A stretch of 64,000 nt of DNA from Ancylonema sp. (GCA_050230475.1 JBFLGF010000178.1:1-64000); one strand, 5' to 3'; numbered from the stretch's first letter, positions 50,150-63,818 are shown. Numbers and translations are program-made. Notes: generated from the sequence alone by a model not told the origin.

Positions 50150-51150
50150 ATTTGAAGCTCGTGGCCTGCACATTTACATCCCCTTCGGCAACCTGGAGAT
50201 TGTGGAGATCTGACTCGAGGGAGGCTCCATCGTTTCTCACGTCACGCCGCAGACGGGCTGCATCCACACCAAAAATCGCTACCGTCAGAAGCAGAGACAA
50301 CTTCAACTCCGATTTCCAGACCAGTTGCCGAACTCTGCGATCGAGCACTGTGACGAAATCCTGTCTACCAGCGTCTCCGACACGACAATGGAGGAGATGG
50401 ACGCTCTTTTCCGTCAGAAAGGCCCCATCGACGTAGTCGGTGGTAACTATCACACAGAGGTGGAGCGCACCTACAGTCCTCTACGTGGCGGTCAAGACCA
50501 TCGTCTCGCTCCACTCCTCGCTATCATCAAATGGATGCATTCCAGCGCACGGCTCGCACAATTCTACCCGGTGCACATTTTCTACACTCACATAGGCACA
50601 CCCGAGTATCCTCCTTGGGTGGACGACCTGTACCACGTGGCGCGTGCATTCCTTGGCAACGCTGCGGAGCTCCAACCACTCCAGTTCCAAGGCCACGTCC
50701 ATCGCCCAACCCAGGTGTGGACCAACTGCATCATACCACGTGAGTTGGAACTTGCGCAACCCACCAAGCATACCCGGGATCCACTGCAGAATCTCCTTCA
50801 ACCGGGGCATACTACACAAATCTTGACACTTCCCGACCCGGTAAACCCTCCGATCAACAGCATGGGCAACCGCTTGGCCGTTTTTCTCACTTCTGAGTCC
50901 TTACTTCTAGACCTTCAACTATACGCTGCGATCGGATGGACGACCCGGCATCAGTATGCTGTTCGATGCACCATCTCAGCAGCACGTGCCACCTTCTCCA
51001 TTCGAGATCGAGCAAGCCCTGGGACGACTTGTGGGTTACACAGCTTATGGTCACATCAGCGACGCCATGAGCGCTTCTCATCTAGGCCACATGATGGATG
51101 GACGACTCATCATGTTCCTGGCGGAAATCCTCCAGGGCACCAAACCATAG
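50150..51150 (+). pseudogene. Catalytically degenerate DNMT homolog
   Basis: Colinear with the element 1 DNMT: GLHIYIPFG vs GLHIWELFG; RFPDQLPNSAI vs RYPRQLSTSAI; QKGPIDVVGGNYHT vs QRGPIDFIFAEWECQ; HRPTQVWTN vs HRVRCMWTN; IEQALG vs RERLMG; LGHMMD vs MGRTMD. Confidence 0.78.
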
Positions 51151-52037
51151 GGATCACCCCTCACTTCGGAACAAAGATGTTTACCAACCTCAACTCTGGG
51201 GGGGAGGGACACTAGATCCTCTAGACAACATATTTCAACCAATTCTGTCCAACCACACGGACGGGACAAATCCAAATCCAAAGTCAACAGTCAAAACCAA
51301 ACTACGGGCAAACCCACTCCAATCAAAAGTCAACAAAAAAAATTAGGACCTAACATGGTATCGAAACCCGGCCCACGATCACGGTCCTCAAATTCAGCCA
51401 AACCAACCAAATTAAGGCCTAAATACTCATTGGTCAAACTTGATCCTTCTCGTCCACGACATTCTGGTCTCTGGTCCTTACCTGGTCAACAAAGTAACAC
51501 TCGGAATCACCCTACAACCATCTCAGACCTACCAAACATCACTTGGATATCAAACCAACCAAGACGATAATCTCACCCAACATCTCATGCTGCCTCTTAC
51601 CACACGAGGAAACACCATCAAAAACAGCATGAAGATTTCTCTTTCATCAACCACACTCTTCAATACCAACCATCGGAACCTACTTCAGTACCACCTGTAC
51701 AATTACATTGTTATTTATCACCATATTCTACCTCACTATCCACACTCTCGGATTCTCTCAGCATACCCGATAGTCTACCCGACTTGCTGGAAGTACCATC
51801 TTCTCCTGAACATACCGTTTATACATATTTGGATGATTCTACCATTCCTACTTATACCTAGGGATCTGCACCTGACCCTGATGCACTGTTCGCATTATTA
51901 AACACAAGATTACCTACCACTGGTGATCATCCCTGTTCTGTCACTCAACCACGGCATACTTTTGTCATGTTCTTATACAACCTCGTCTGCTCCTGTTTCC
52001 CAACTCCTTCACAAGCGTTCCACAGCTGGGGGGGGGG

Positions 52038-52234
52038 AGTTAGAGCAACCGGACCACCAAGTCCACCTGAGACCCTTCGATCACCTACGAACATCATCGA
52101 TACCAATCCTGTCGACAACATCACTACACCACCGCGTGCATTACCACATGCATCATTTTGAGAAACATCCGGGAACAAAGGGAACAAAGTATGAAGAATA
52201 TCATTTTAGGCGGCCAACTCCAAACAGCACGTCA
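52038..52234 (+). repeat. Short repeat S1 of element 2
   Basis: 197 bp after the G10 PPT; copy of 53371-53567. Confidence 0.93.
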
Positions 52235-52236
52235 GC

Positions 52237-53370
52237 TGTCATGACGCTGGAGATCGCTGAGGCGAAACCCCTCTAGATTGATGTAACGAGTAACGAGAGT
52301 ATTCGATACAACGATCTTATAGAACTAGTACTTTACAAGAAAAATAGTGAAGTACGAGATTTGTACGACTCGAAAATAACGCGTGGCGTATTTTCCGAAG
52401 TCTAGAATCCAGCAGTCTTCAACAAATAGCTGCGTGTCGGTTTTGTTGAAATCACAAGTCTCTTTCGACTTGTCAATAATCCCGGCAAATAAATTCAGTC
52501 GTAGAACTAGAGGAATATCTTGCGCCGTTTTCATCGGAGCGCCCATATTAATTGTAATGTTCTAGAAGCCAGCCTGTCGCTATCTTCGACAGTTTAACTC
52601 TAGTTAACTCTGCCGGTAAGCACCGCGCAACAACTTTGTGATAAAAGTCAAATTGTACTTTCAGATCTGCCAGCTTACGCAGTCAGATTGCGTTGTTAAG
52701 AAATCCCTTCCAACAATCTTTTGTGTTATCTGAATCCTTCCAATTCTATGAATATTGCATCCCTTCGCATACGCGACTTCGCAACGTGCTCGTCTTTCGC
52801 GTCTCAGCCTGACATCCGTCTCCAGACGGTAAGTTTGCAAATCATTCTTTGCAATCTGTGTGTGTGTGTGTATTTGATCTGATTCATCTGAATCTCTTGG
52901 AGCCAACTTCTGTATCGACTGTAATTTCTTACATCGATTCGCTGACGCTCTCTCTGAGCCAGCAAGTGTGCGTGTGTGTGTTAAACATTTGTCGATTTGC
53001 CCGCGTTCGCTCCGAACCGGCACTTTCATTTGTGTGTGTGTATGTGTTTGTTGTCGCTCGCTCCGAGCCAGCATTTGTTGTAAACACCTGTCTGCTGACG
53101 CTCTTTTTGAGCCAGCATCTTTTATCGACGCGCCGTCGATAAGTAACTCTTACGGCTGCTAACCTTGATAGTCTGCTCCCGACTATCTTGTTTGTTTGCT
53201 AGTCTGGTGCAGACTATCAAGTTTGCTTAAAGTATTTTGACAGACTTTTGTACTATAAACCATCTGTTAGCTCGCCCTTGGCGTTAAGTAGTGAATTTCA
53301 TTGGATCGCTCAGACGTGTGATAGATATAATATTGATATCTCAGCAGAGACCCAATCTGCAATACTACTT
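52237..53370 (+). repeat. Long repeat L2 of element 2
   Basis: Copy of 44145-45299 with indels. Confidence 0.93.
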
Positions 53371-53567
53371 AGTGAGAGAAGCTGGACCACCAAGTCCACC
53401 TGAGACCCTTCGATCACCTACGAACATCATCGATACCAATCTAGTCGACATCATCACTACACCACCGCGTGCATTACCACATGCAACATTCTGAGAAACA
53501 TCCGGGAATGAAGGGAACAAAGTATGAAGAATATAATTTTAGGCGGCCGACTCCAAACAGCACGTCA
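53371..53567 (+). repeat. Short repeat S2 of element 2 (3' terminus, ends CA)
   Basis: Copy of 52038-52234. Confidence 0.93.
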
Positions 53568-54099
53568 ATCTTATCCGGTGCGCTAGAATATTATAGGAGC
53601 TTTTTACTCCCAAGGGAGATAGCCTACTCGGCGACAATCTCTAAATCAAATACTCCAATCATCTAAACATTTTGCATATCCTGCACTTCTGTTATATGCC
53701 TCTCGTGATTCCTACATGTCTTCCTTGCATCGAGAACAACGAGACATCTAGTATGCTAGAAGCGATAAGCGAGAAGCGTGGTCGAGTTACCCTTGAGGCG
53801 AGAAGCGTTCCTTGCAACGGGGAAGGCAGAAAGTCAGCGAGTCAGGTGAATCCTTCCACATAGGAAAGTGGCAGAGGTCAGAAGACAGAAGGGCCGACGG
53901 ATAGGCCAAGGACGCAAGAAGCGAGAAGCGAGTGAGATGTACCTGAACACAACCTGAACCAGAATACGGACCAGATTCAGATCAACTTTTTGGCCATCTC
54001 AACCTATCACTTGAGGGGGGGCAGGGGGGAGAGAAGTGGGAGAGGGGGAGGGGGGAGGGGGGAGAGTGGTGGGAGGGGGATGTGGTGCGTAAGCGGAAT

Positions 54100-54381
54100 C
54101 GGCTATTATTTCGATTTCAATCGGCATACCCACCGGAATGGGACAAGGAAGAGGCGGACAACCGTGCGACAGAGGCAGAAGCTGAAGAGAAGGAGGAGAG
54201 AAGACTATGGGAGTTTATCATAGAAGGCGACGCACATGCGCTTCACGCCCTTCCTAGCCAAGCTAGTAAGGGGGGGGAACTCCTCGGGGCGCAACTCAAG
54301 GGTGGGAGGGAGGTGGGGCAGAGGATAGAAGAGCTGGAGGTGATAAACCAAGTTACGAAGTTAGGAGAAAAAGAAGAGAAG

Positions 54382-54414
<33 letters not shown>

Positions 54415-56743
54415 AGAGGAATCCTAGAGGGGAAAGGCGCAGAAACCCACCTCCTCAGAAGCCTTCATGCGAGAGAGCAGCCACCCCTCCACGTCCTTCA
54501 CCTCCGTTGGCCCACGGTAATACGCCACCTGGCGTCGTGCTCCCACCCCCCCCTTCCCAGACTCCATTTTCACCAAAAGCAGCATCCCATCCCCAGCAGG
54601 CGACGGCCACACCCACTTCTCCGCCCGATCCGCCCCCACACCCGCCAGTAGCCAATGGCAGGAAGAGGGCAGGAGGTCGCGCCACCTCATCCTCCCACAG
54701 ACCCTGCCTCTCTCTGCCGGGTTGGGGAGCAGTTGGTGGCAGAAGGGGCGCTGCAGCTGGGAGTCCACCCACGGGATTGGACAGAACGCATCACCTGAAC
54801 ACCAGGCCAGGGGGGTAGGGGGGGGTGGCAGCCAAGGGGGGGGGGGGGGGGACAAGAGGGTCTCACGGCGCGTGCGCTGTCGAGTTGGGGCGAGGGTGGG
54901 CCCACCAACAGGGCGCTGAACCAGAGGGGGCAGGAGGGCAGGGTGGGGCGATGCCATCCCAGAGCAGTAGCGGACACGGAGCGCAGCTGAGGCAGCTCTG
55001 CACCCCAACCCCCCAACCCCCCCCAACCCCCTTCTCTCTCACATACTGGGATGCAGGGAAGGACCCTGACTGTGACGGGGGCAGGGGGGGGGGAACCCAC
55101 GGTGGTGCTTGTTCCGTTCTAACAGGCGCCACAGATGATCACGATCCAGAATGCCTTGGTGGATTGTTGGCTGAGTGCCTGCCTCTTTTAATATGACAAT
55201 GGAGGGAAGTGTTTTCACTCCCAGGCGCTGTGCCTGAAGGCATCCGATGCCGTTTTTCACGGCGGCCACGACAAAGAAGGCGCCAAACTGTGCCTCTGCC
55301 ATTCGATACAGCAAAGATACACGGGTAAAGATAGCTGACGTACCCAGTGTTATAAAATCTTCAATACTTTCTCCTATCAGATTTGGATTTTTAACTAATG
55401 TACATGATCTACGTGGTCTTGGGGTCCTTTTACGAAAAACCCAAAAAATCTCTATAACTCCGCCCGGGTTACCGCCCGGGGGAGGCTCACCAGTGGCGGA
55501 AAGCGGGGCGGGATTTCGGGGCGGGGCCAACTATGTTGAGTATAGCGGCCGTCAGACCACGGACGTTCTAGCGAAACGTGGTCGTACGTGCCACCCAACC
55601 CCTCCCTCCCTCCTACCCTCCCTCCCTCCCTCCCTCCCACCCCAGTTTTACCACATCATCCGGGGCGAGTACGGGAGGGGTGGGCAGGTCAGGCAGTACC
55701 CAGGACCACGGGGAGAGAGGCTCGGAAGGAAACCGCCTTCCCCCCCGACCACCTTTCTGCCAGCCTGGCAACCAACTCTCTCTGCTCGTGCACCTCCACC
55801 CGCCCCAACCGCACCCCACCCCCCACCTCCGCGGCTGCCCACCCTCGGGTCGAATTCAGCACCACATATTCCCCAGAACCACCCTCCCTGCTCTGCTTAG
55901 CCCCAGCCCCCCCCACCTAGGTCGTCCCACACAGGCCCAAATTCCCGCGACGCCTTCTCCCAATTCGTGTAGAACTGCATCACCACCCCCCAGCCCCCCA
56001 ACCCCCTTTGAGCAGGCAGTGGGATGGGGACAGGGGCAGCGGGAGGCGTACCTGGATTAGCCAAACGTCGGCGGTCTCCATCACCAGGGGACCGAAATTT
56101 GTAAGAGTGAGAGTGGCGGTGACAGAGGGGATAGGTTCTGCACAGCAAGCAGTGACTGGTAAGCAGGGAGCTGGGAGTGTGGTGGGGGTAGAGGGGAGGG
56201 GGGAGGGCAGGGGGTTGCACTTGGAAGATGGTCGTCATCTGATGTAGGAGGGGGCTGGTAGGATGACGTGTAGCGCCGCTCACTCCCCTGCCAAAGGCAA
56301 GCAGTGAGTGAGCTCCAAGAGCCGTAGCCCAAATGGGATAGCAGTAGACGGGGGTACTGTACCTTGGGCTGCCCATCGAAGGCGGCCTTCTTGTCCGGAT
56401 CCGAGAGAGTTTCGTAGGCGTTTTGGGTTTCTTGGAACCGCTCCTGTGCTCCAGCATCCTTGTTCTTGTCGGGATGCCACTTCCGTGCCGTGTCCTTGTG
56501 CGCCCTCCGGATTTCATATTGGCTCGCACCTCGCTGCACTCCAAGGACTGCATGGGGATGGAGGGGACGCAAAGAAGTTAGGCAGCTGGATTGGCGCTTG
56601 GATTTCTCTGGTTACTTACTGCGGTAGGGATCTTTGGGAGCGCGAGCCACTTCTGTCGTACTGGTTGCACAGACGGTAAGAAGGAAACAGAACAGCTTCA
56701 CAAGGGCTCCAATTCTACAGAGTGATACGATCGAAGCACGCAT
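54100..56743 (-). CDS. ER-targeted DnaJ protein with thioredoxin-like domain (DNAJC16/ERdj-like), multi-exon; 3' end approximate
   Basis: Signal-like MRASIV..LVKLFCFLLTVC; KDPYR|ILGVQRGAS..WHPDKN..AYETLSDP joined by a GT-AG intron; later exons TLTNFGPLV..VWLIQ|FYTNW..FGPVWDDL and AQRLGVKTLPSIV. Confidence 0.72.
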
Positions 56744-57349
56744 CTCGAAGGCTGATGCACTACTAAAAAGAAACGATGCCGACCACATTTGCGGGGTCAC
56801 ATTGTAGTGACCTTACACGAACTTTTCACCTACAGTGCATTGGTGACGACCTTATCCACGACCAAATTCATATGGATTAGGCAGTACCAGCTGCGGGCCG
56901 TTGTCCACTTACATTAGTGAATGAGAACCCAGTCTGCCGGGGTAGTTGTTTCTTGTTTTTCCGTTTCCAGCTGTTGGGAAACTTCTTGACACCGCAAACG
57001 AGAAAGTGATGAACCATCATTCGACAGATGTTTGTAACTTACAAGGGTCTTCCGACAACGAGATAGACTGCTGCGGGACTCACGAGGGTGGTTTTGTCGA
57101 AATCAGTTTCTCGGGAAATCGAAGGGATTTGCTCCCACTCCTTTTAAAATTGCGCGAAAAGGGAGCTACATTAAACCCCGATATAAGAAAGACAGATTAC
57201 CGGTATATGAAGTACTTGTTGTAACGGATATTAATTATGAGAGAGAATCATAAAACAAGCACGATGACAACCCCTAAAAAACCCAACGAAGAAAAACCAC
57301 ACACCTAAAAAAACTTCCTTCCAAGGTTCCGCACATTCTAGGAGAACCG

Positions 57350-58330
57350 ACCCACAGTGCAGTCTTGATATAGTGACAATTTTACAGACATGGGGATTTA
57401 ATGTCACTATCTCGAATGCTAGGGCTGTCACTATACACTGTATAGTGACATTTGATAGGGCGACAACAGGCAAATGTCACTATATCGAGAGAAAGTGAAA
57501 TTCAGGATATTTTTAACGGAGGTGGGTCATCTAAACGAAGAGTTTCCGAAAAGTGAACACAATGTGTCTAGCTTGGACATCAAGTAGGAGGGCACCAACG
57601 GGCTCGAAGAACGGCGCTGGCCCAAAAGTCTACAACAGCGGTCGCACGCGTGATAACGGTACCATGTTGGATAAACTTGGCGGCTATCGGCTAAGGTTTT
57701 ATGGCTAGACATAGAATCCTAGGGAACCAATCACACCCAACCCTCACAAAGGCGGCTGACGACGACTTTGTGATCTCCGTAACTTAACAGAAGCTCGCAG
57801 AACATTTTTCGCTACAACGGCAAACTTATCCACTCACGTCATAAAGGCTCCTACCCCTTTATAACGGTGCTGTACACCCGTTATAAGCACATGATGTAAT
57901 TCACTGTGACAAATACACCGCATAAAAACGTGCGCACGCGAGTCCATGACGTCGGCGGAGGCAGGTGTTGTACAGTGCAGTCTTGATATGGTGACACACT
58001 GTACAGTGACAATCGCGATATAGTGAAAAAATTTTTGCCCTTTTTATAATCCTATATAAAAACCTGCTCTATATAGTGACAATCGCTATAGTGACACACG
58101 TTATAGTGACCAAAAATTCCCAGATTTTTGTATTGCGATGTCACTCTACGGTGAAACCTGTCTAAATTTATACTGTGAAAATAAATAACCTGTCTATTTT
58201 AAAGCATAATATTCCGCTCGAATTGTTTTTAGCCAAAATGTGACGCGTTAATTAATAACCAGTCTCATTTCAATTTTTTTATGGTTCCAACATTAGTCAT
58301 GTAGACAGGTTTTACTACGGGTTTTACTAT
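57350..58330. repeat. Cluster of pogo/Tc1-like MITE remnants
   Basis: CAGTGCAGTCTTGATAT(A/G)GTGACA at about 57354 and 57973; reiterated ATAGTGAC; inverted AAACCTGTCTA / TAGACAGGTTT at about 58154 and 58302. Confidence 0.5.
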
Positions 58331-61300
58331 GTCATAACTTTGCAGTGCTACGTGATTACTTGCAGGATATGTGAACAAACAATTATCATAAATAGGATAT
58401 TACGTTCGAACGAACTAGCTTGTAGCGAGTCTTGTTTACCGGTTTCATGCGCCTTGAAACCAAAATGGTATAAGTTATAAAATGTGTTATTTTTTTTTTT
58501 TTTTGGTTCCGTCCCAAAATGTTAATCTAGGCATGTTCTAATTTAAACAATTAAATGTTATGAGAAACAACTTATCCAATATTCTTGATGCTTTTGCTTC
58601 TGCTTGTGTGGGAATTTGAGTGGAGTTGGCCTAGATACGAGAGAGCCCCGATGTAAGAGATCCTCAAAAAAAATTTCATAAAAAGCCGGACATTTTTGTT
58701 GTACCCGGCCCATCTCCTGGCCACTCAAGCGGGGTGGGCTGCGGGTTGGTCGGGCTGGTTGGCCGACTCAGAGATGCCGATTCTAATAACGCTCTTCGTG
58801 ATTAGGGGTATTTACGCCCTAATCAAAAAGTATAATAAGGGTACGCCGAGAAAACACCCATGAAAACCCGTAAATATATAGAAAGCTAATGAAGGGCCGA
58901 TTTAGGGGTATATCCCCCCCCCAATAGTCAAATAAGTACCTTGATTGCAATGCCGAGGGGGCGGGGGGGGGATTCCTGAAGTCTCGGACCAAAACGTAGA
59001 GACAAGTTATCTGCCGCCATTGCGGATGGTCGGAGTGCACAACGGAAAACAATCGACGGCCTATGTGGAGCTCAATCGGGTAATGCCTAACATAAACTAC
59101 GACACAAAGACCTCAAGGATGGTGACCTTTCACCGGGGCGTACGGAATCGAGTCGCATCGGGAAGTCGGAATTGAGGCTTCCAAGATGAAATACCATCTT
59201 GCCATATTACTGCCCCGCTCTTCGAAACTCTCGGACGGGTGGGAGGGCTCTTGTCCCTCTACGAGAGGACTTCTCAATGGATGCCATGAAGAACAAGTGC
59301 CACTTAGAAGCTTTTTGCAAGGCATACGTTGTGGAAAGTAAAATAATGCCGATGTAAAACTATGAATAGTGCATCGGATTCACTATTGGGTTGGACATAC
59401 GACCATATTTGACACAATGCGAAGACCGGCTTGTACTCCAAACAACCTTCTCTCGTACATCCAAGAGTGGCCGATAGTTCGGCATCATTTGCATATCCTT
59501 CCCTCATTCAGAGCTGACTGGTGATATCACGATCCCCGGACTCATCTTCGATCAAGAGGGTTTTGATACGGAAGCGAAAATTTGATTTGGCGAGCTCGCA
59601 TTGGAAGGCGTAGCGGCAATTTATGAGGCATCTCCAAACACACTTGGCCCGTTGACAAAAATAAAGTATCGGAAACATTTGTGTCCACACTCGTAGTCCT
59701 AAATGATGGATCTGGCGCCACTTAGTACGGAGACGATGGTGTATCGAGAATTGACATTGTTCGGACAATTTAAAAAATGGAATCAATATCCTTGCATATA
59801 AGTTAACTAAGGCACGCCACAATTCTCCTTCACTTGTGATGACAAAATGTCACTGCATGTCCACCTTCGTGGTTGTAGATGAGGAATTAGTGTTGGTGTG
59901 TGGAGAAATGTGGGAATGTACTGTTTCTTTTGTGTAAATACGCAGTCAACGGTGTCATCAATCGTTTTTACTTTAATTCTCACCTTGGTCCTTATTTATT
60001 TCTTCTTTTCAGAGACCACACGCTAAAATTTATAACAACACGATGTTGACAAAATGTTAACTTGTTTTGTGATAGTATATTATACATGAATGATATTGTG
60101 AATGTTGTCGCATCAGGGCTCCTAAGAAGACGGCGAGTCTCGCTTTGTCTAATCCCGTTTTGAAAAGTTGCTTGAAACACATTAAATCCGTTGGAATGGC
60201 AAGATTTTTAGGGGCACGATTGTGTTCAAAGCTATCGGAAGGCACAAAATCATGTTGACCTTAGCAATCTAGGGGTAATCCCTAATTGATATTTTGAGTT
60301 GATTGACCCTCTTCAGAGCAACATAAGGCCTAAACTGCCATCCCTGCCTCCCAGGTTCGCTGCCCGTGGCCATGCAGTAACCGTGACCTGGCAATAAGAA
60401 ACATGCAAACTTCTCAAGTTGCCCAACTTCTTGCCATTCTTCGTCGCTTCCCGCCGTAGTTGATTTGATCGGTGAGGCTCTTCGGACGCAATTTCTTATG
60501 TTTTGTTGCTATGGTATTGTACACCGCTCACGATGTCTGGGTATTAAACACACCCCGGAGCGTCATATCCCAGCGTTTTGTTAAACAGGTGGCAGGCAGG
60601 TGGAAGCATTGATGACTGCAGGGGCTTAGGTCGCTTCCTAGTTCATCCCCTGCTGCTCCGTCTCTGTCCCGTCCTAATTCAATAAATTGTGGCAAATGTC
60701 GGGCCGAACGCCACGTGGCAAAGGCAACAACGCCCTCTTGGCGGTGGCTCTGGCAGCATTCGCAGTTGGGGGACTCACATTCCCATTCATGCTCAAGTAA
60801 GCTCAGTTGCATGTTTAAAGTAATCAGGACCTAACAGATGCTTCAAAGCGAAACTGCTCCTTCATTGTGACTGGTTGAACTGCAGTATTCGTGGACATCA
60901 GCATTACACAAACTGATTTGTGGTTGGTACTGCTTTCTGCGCGCCGAGCAGCCTATCGGCTCGCGCATCACGAGTAGCACGACTATGACAATGACTCCAT
61001 AATTACAGTCTCCCTCGTGGTAAAGACTCCCGTGGCAAAATAATATATTTCTCTAGATGATTAAGTCTTTTACACTCCAAAAGGGCCCCCAACCTGACGA
61101 CTCAGTTGATATAACCGCGATTTTCCTCAACTTCATGTTGTCTTTATATCGAAGGAATATTGTATGCGGTTCTAGATTGTGAGGTCTCCACGTTTCTGTT
61201 TCCTTGTCGCAACACTGCAAGACCCTTCAAGTCGCTGCATTTTCACTCCCCACTTGGTCTGTTGCACTTGGTCTCACTTGCACTGACTTGCACTATTTGA

Positions 61301-62974
61301 TTGATTGATTGATTGTTTGTTTGTTTTATATACGGAGCACATTGCTACCGCATACATTCATCCTCTCTACAAACCCAGTCCCATTCCCGTGTAGTCTCAC
61401 AAAATAATGGTGGATTCCTTGTCCCTATATCCGGGTGGTGTCAGTGTAAAGAGGTGAAAAGTATAGAGTAGAGTAGTACATACTAAGCAATAAACTTCAC
61501 TAAACACTCAAACCTCGAATAAAAAACCTAAAAAAATCGTAAAAAAGGTTTCTTATAGCGAATGTTTCTTATATATATATATGTATATATATCATATTTG
61601 AGTAAAAAAACTAAAAAAATAAAATGCAGAAGGGTTTCTTACAGCAAAGCGTTTCTTATAACGAAGTTTCTTGTATCGAGGTTTGGGTGTACCGGGGTTG
61701 TTACGGTTACGGATGTAACTTCAGCCGCGTCTGCCTTTCTTTTTCGATTTTTTTTATCTTCGCGCTTTGAGTCTTAACCGTGTCTACGCAGAAAGCAGGG
61801 ACCGCTTGAAAGAAAAGAAGAACTACCATAGTAGTGTGGCAAAGAACACCCAAGGTGTTCCCAACATCGCAATTTTTTTTTTGGTCTGACCGCTGTGTGT
61901 ATGGAGTCCCTCTGAGTCTTGTATTGCAGAGCCTCTCACCCACAACCTATCATCAACTCAAACAAACCTTTGAGTCCGGCTGCGGTTCAAAGAGGGCCTT
62001 ACGTGAACAGAGGAAGCAAAGACCTCGGTCCCGATCCCACCCCATTGGATCAGTACAAGAAGTAGCAATCCGAAACAAGTACTTGTCTATGGCCCCTATG
62101 CAATAATCTCAAGTTTCTTACCTTGCGCGAATGAAAGGGTGTTGGAAGCAGGTGGAGGACATGCAACCTACTTATAGGCACTAGGAAATGTAGTCATCCA
62201 TGGCTCTTGTACACGTAAAAAAGCTTCGTTGACATGATCAATGGGAGAGGTAACATCGCAGAGTCGCCACTCAATACATTTCTTTTCTTTTCTGTAGAAG
62301 CCTCTTTTTCAACCACGCTTTGGTTTCCATTTTGATATGGTACGATAACATCCATCAAAGGAACCCACAAATGCTTCTTATTAGCGCAAGGTCACTAGTC
62401 AAATATTTATCGTGTGTGACATGCCATGTATGCTTATGTTTGCTTTCGTGTGTATACTTGGCCGTCATTCTCTACATGTCATGACTTGTATGCACTCGTG
62501 AGTTGCCGAGAGTTGTGTTGAAAGAGTTAACACGTGGACTCAACAAATCAGCATGCAAACCGTCAGTATTTACACCTGCTGTTCTTTTTACATGTGCCAA
62601 ACCACATGATAATGTAACTATTTAATGTATAACTATTCTTACATATTTAAGTAACCTAGATAGACCACTACAAAAAAGGTACACTATATTGTTCTCCTTG
62701 TATTCGGCCCTTGTCCGATCATAATTTTTCGATCTGATTCTCATTCGGACCCGATCCGCATCAGAATCCCGATCATTAGGTGAAAATATACAAGTAAATA
62801 AACGTTCTATCTTCTGCCAAGTATGGCATCAACCCCAAAATATGTTTTTTTTTTTTTTTTTTTTTTTTAATTAATTTATTTGCTCTTTCTTTCGTCTATA
62901 AACCTCCGTGTAATCTCGATGCTTCAAACCTCGATGTAAACTAGAAATATCATATTACCTGGTCTTATCGGGTA

Positions 62975-63570
62975 CTCAATAAGGTACTCAATGATGATGC
63001 ACCACCATTCACCCTGGTTAACAAAGCCGGACAACTGCGTCGTGAACTACGGACACTTGTCTCCTACCCTGGTAGTTACCAATTCAAGTTTCAAGCGTAC
63101 AACCAACCAGACCCTGGCGTGCTTTACAACACGGCAACACGTGATTGGGAAGAAGCAAATATCTGGGAACGTGAACGACTTATGGGCTTTGACAATGGGG
63201 ATACTTGTGCACGAGGCATTTCGGAAAACACTCGGAAGGCAATGCTAGGACGTACAATGGGTTGTAGCATGGCCAGGTGGCTTGGAGGCATTCTCATGGC
63301 TATCCATGCACTCCCATCATATAACCTCGCGCAGAGCACACACCCCACCATGCCGACCAAGAAAAGGGGGGGGAGGCAAACTACCCTATTTCTCCACTAT
63401 ACCACACACTGCATTATGACTCTGACACCAGGGAGTTTTACAACAGCAGGGATAACCAGCATTTTACATCACCAGAGCAACACCAACTTGCTCAAGATGC
63501 AATTCCTACCACTCAAGCACTTTTGAGTGAAACCGATTACCAATCCACATCGGTATCGGATGACATTATA
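62975..63570 (+). pseudogene. Isolated fragment of an element-1-family DNMT C-terminus and linker
   Basis: LYNTATRDWEEANIWERERLMGFDNGDTCARGISENTRKAMLGRTM is closely similar to the 4933-5148 ORF. Nucleotide homology to about 4690-5295. Confidence 0.88.
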
Positions 63571-63818
63571 TCAACAACTTTAACAAAGCACATTGCCATG
63601 ATGTTTGAATGATGTTTTGAAGTGGGGTGCTGACCTTCTTACGACAAAGAGGATCTAATGTTTTGATTTCCTTACACCTTCCCCAACTCCTTCATATCCA
63701 CATTGTTTTTTCTTCGAAAAACAAGATTTGGGTGACTAGCGCCCTTGCCAAATTTGTCCTAGATTCATGCACCCGAATTCTCCACCCCTGTCCGATTGGA
63801 ATAAAACTGACATATATA

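Larger units (their letters stand above)
44145..53567 (+). mobile_element. Non-autonomous split-direct-repeat retroelement (element 2): Gag, PR, pseudo-DNMT; no RT/RH/INT
   Basis: Starts TGTCATGAC and ends CACGTCA. L1 44145-45299, PPT 52028-52037, S1 52038-52234, GC spacer, L2 52237-53370, S2 53371-53567. L is homologous to that of element 1. Confidence 0.92.

Noticed and set aside
54082..55920. Plus-strand Lys-run and Pro/Gly-rich ORFs
   Set aside because: By-products of a poly(A) run and high GC, antisense to the DnaJ gene.
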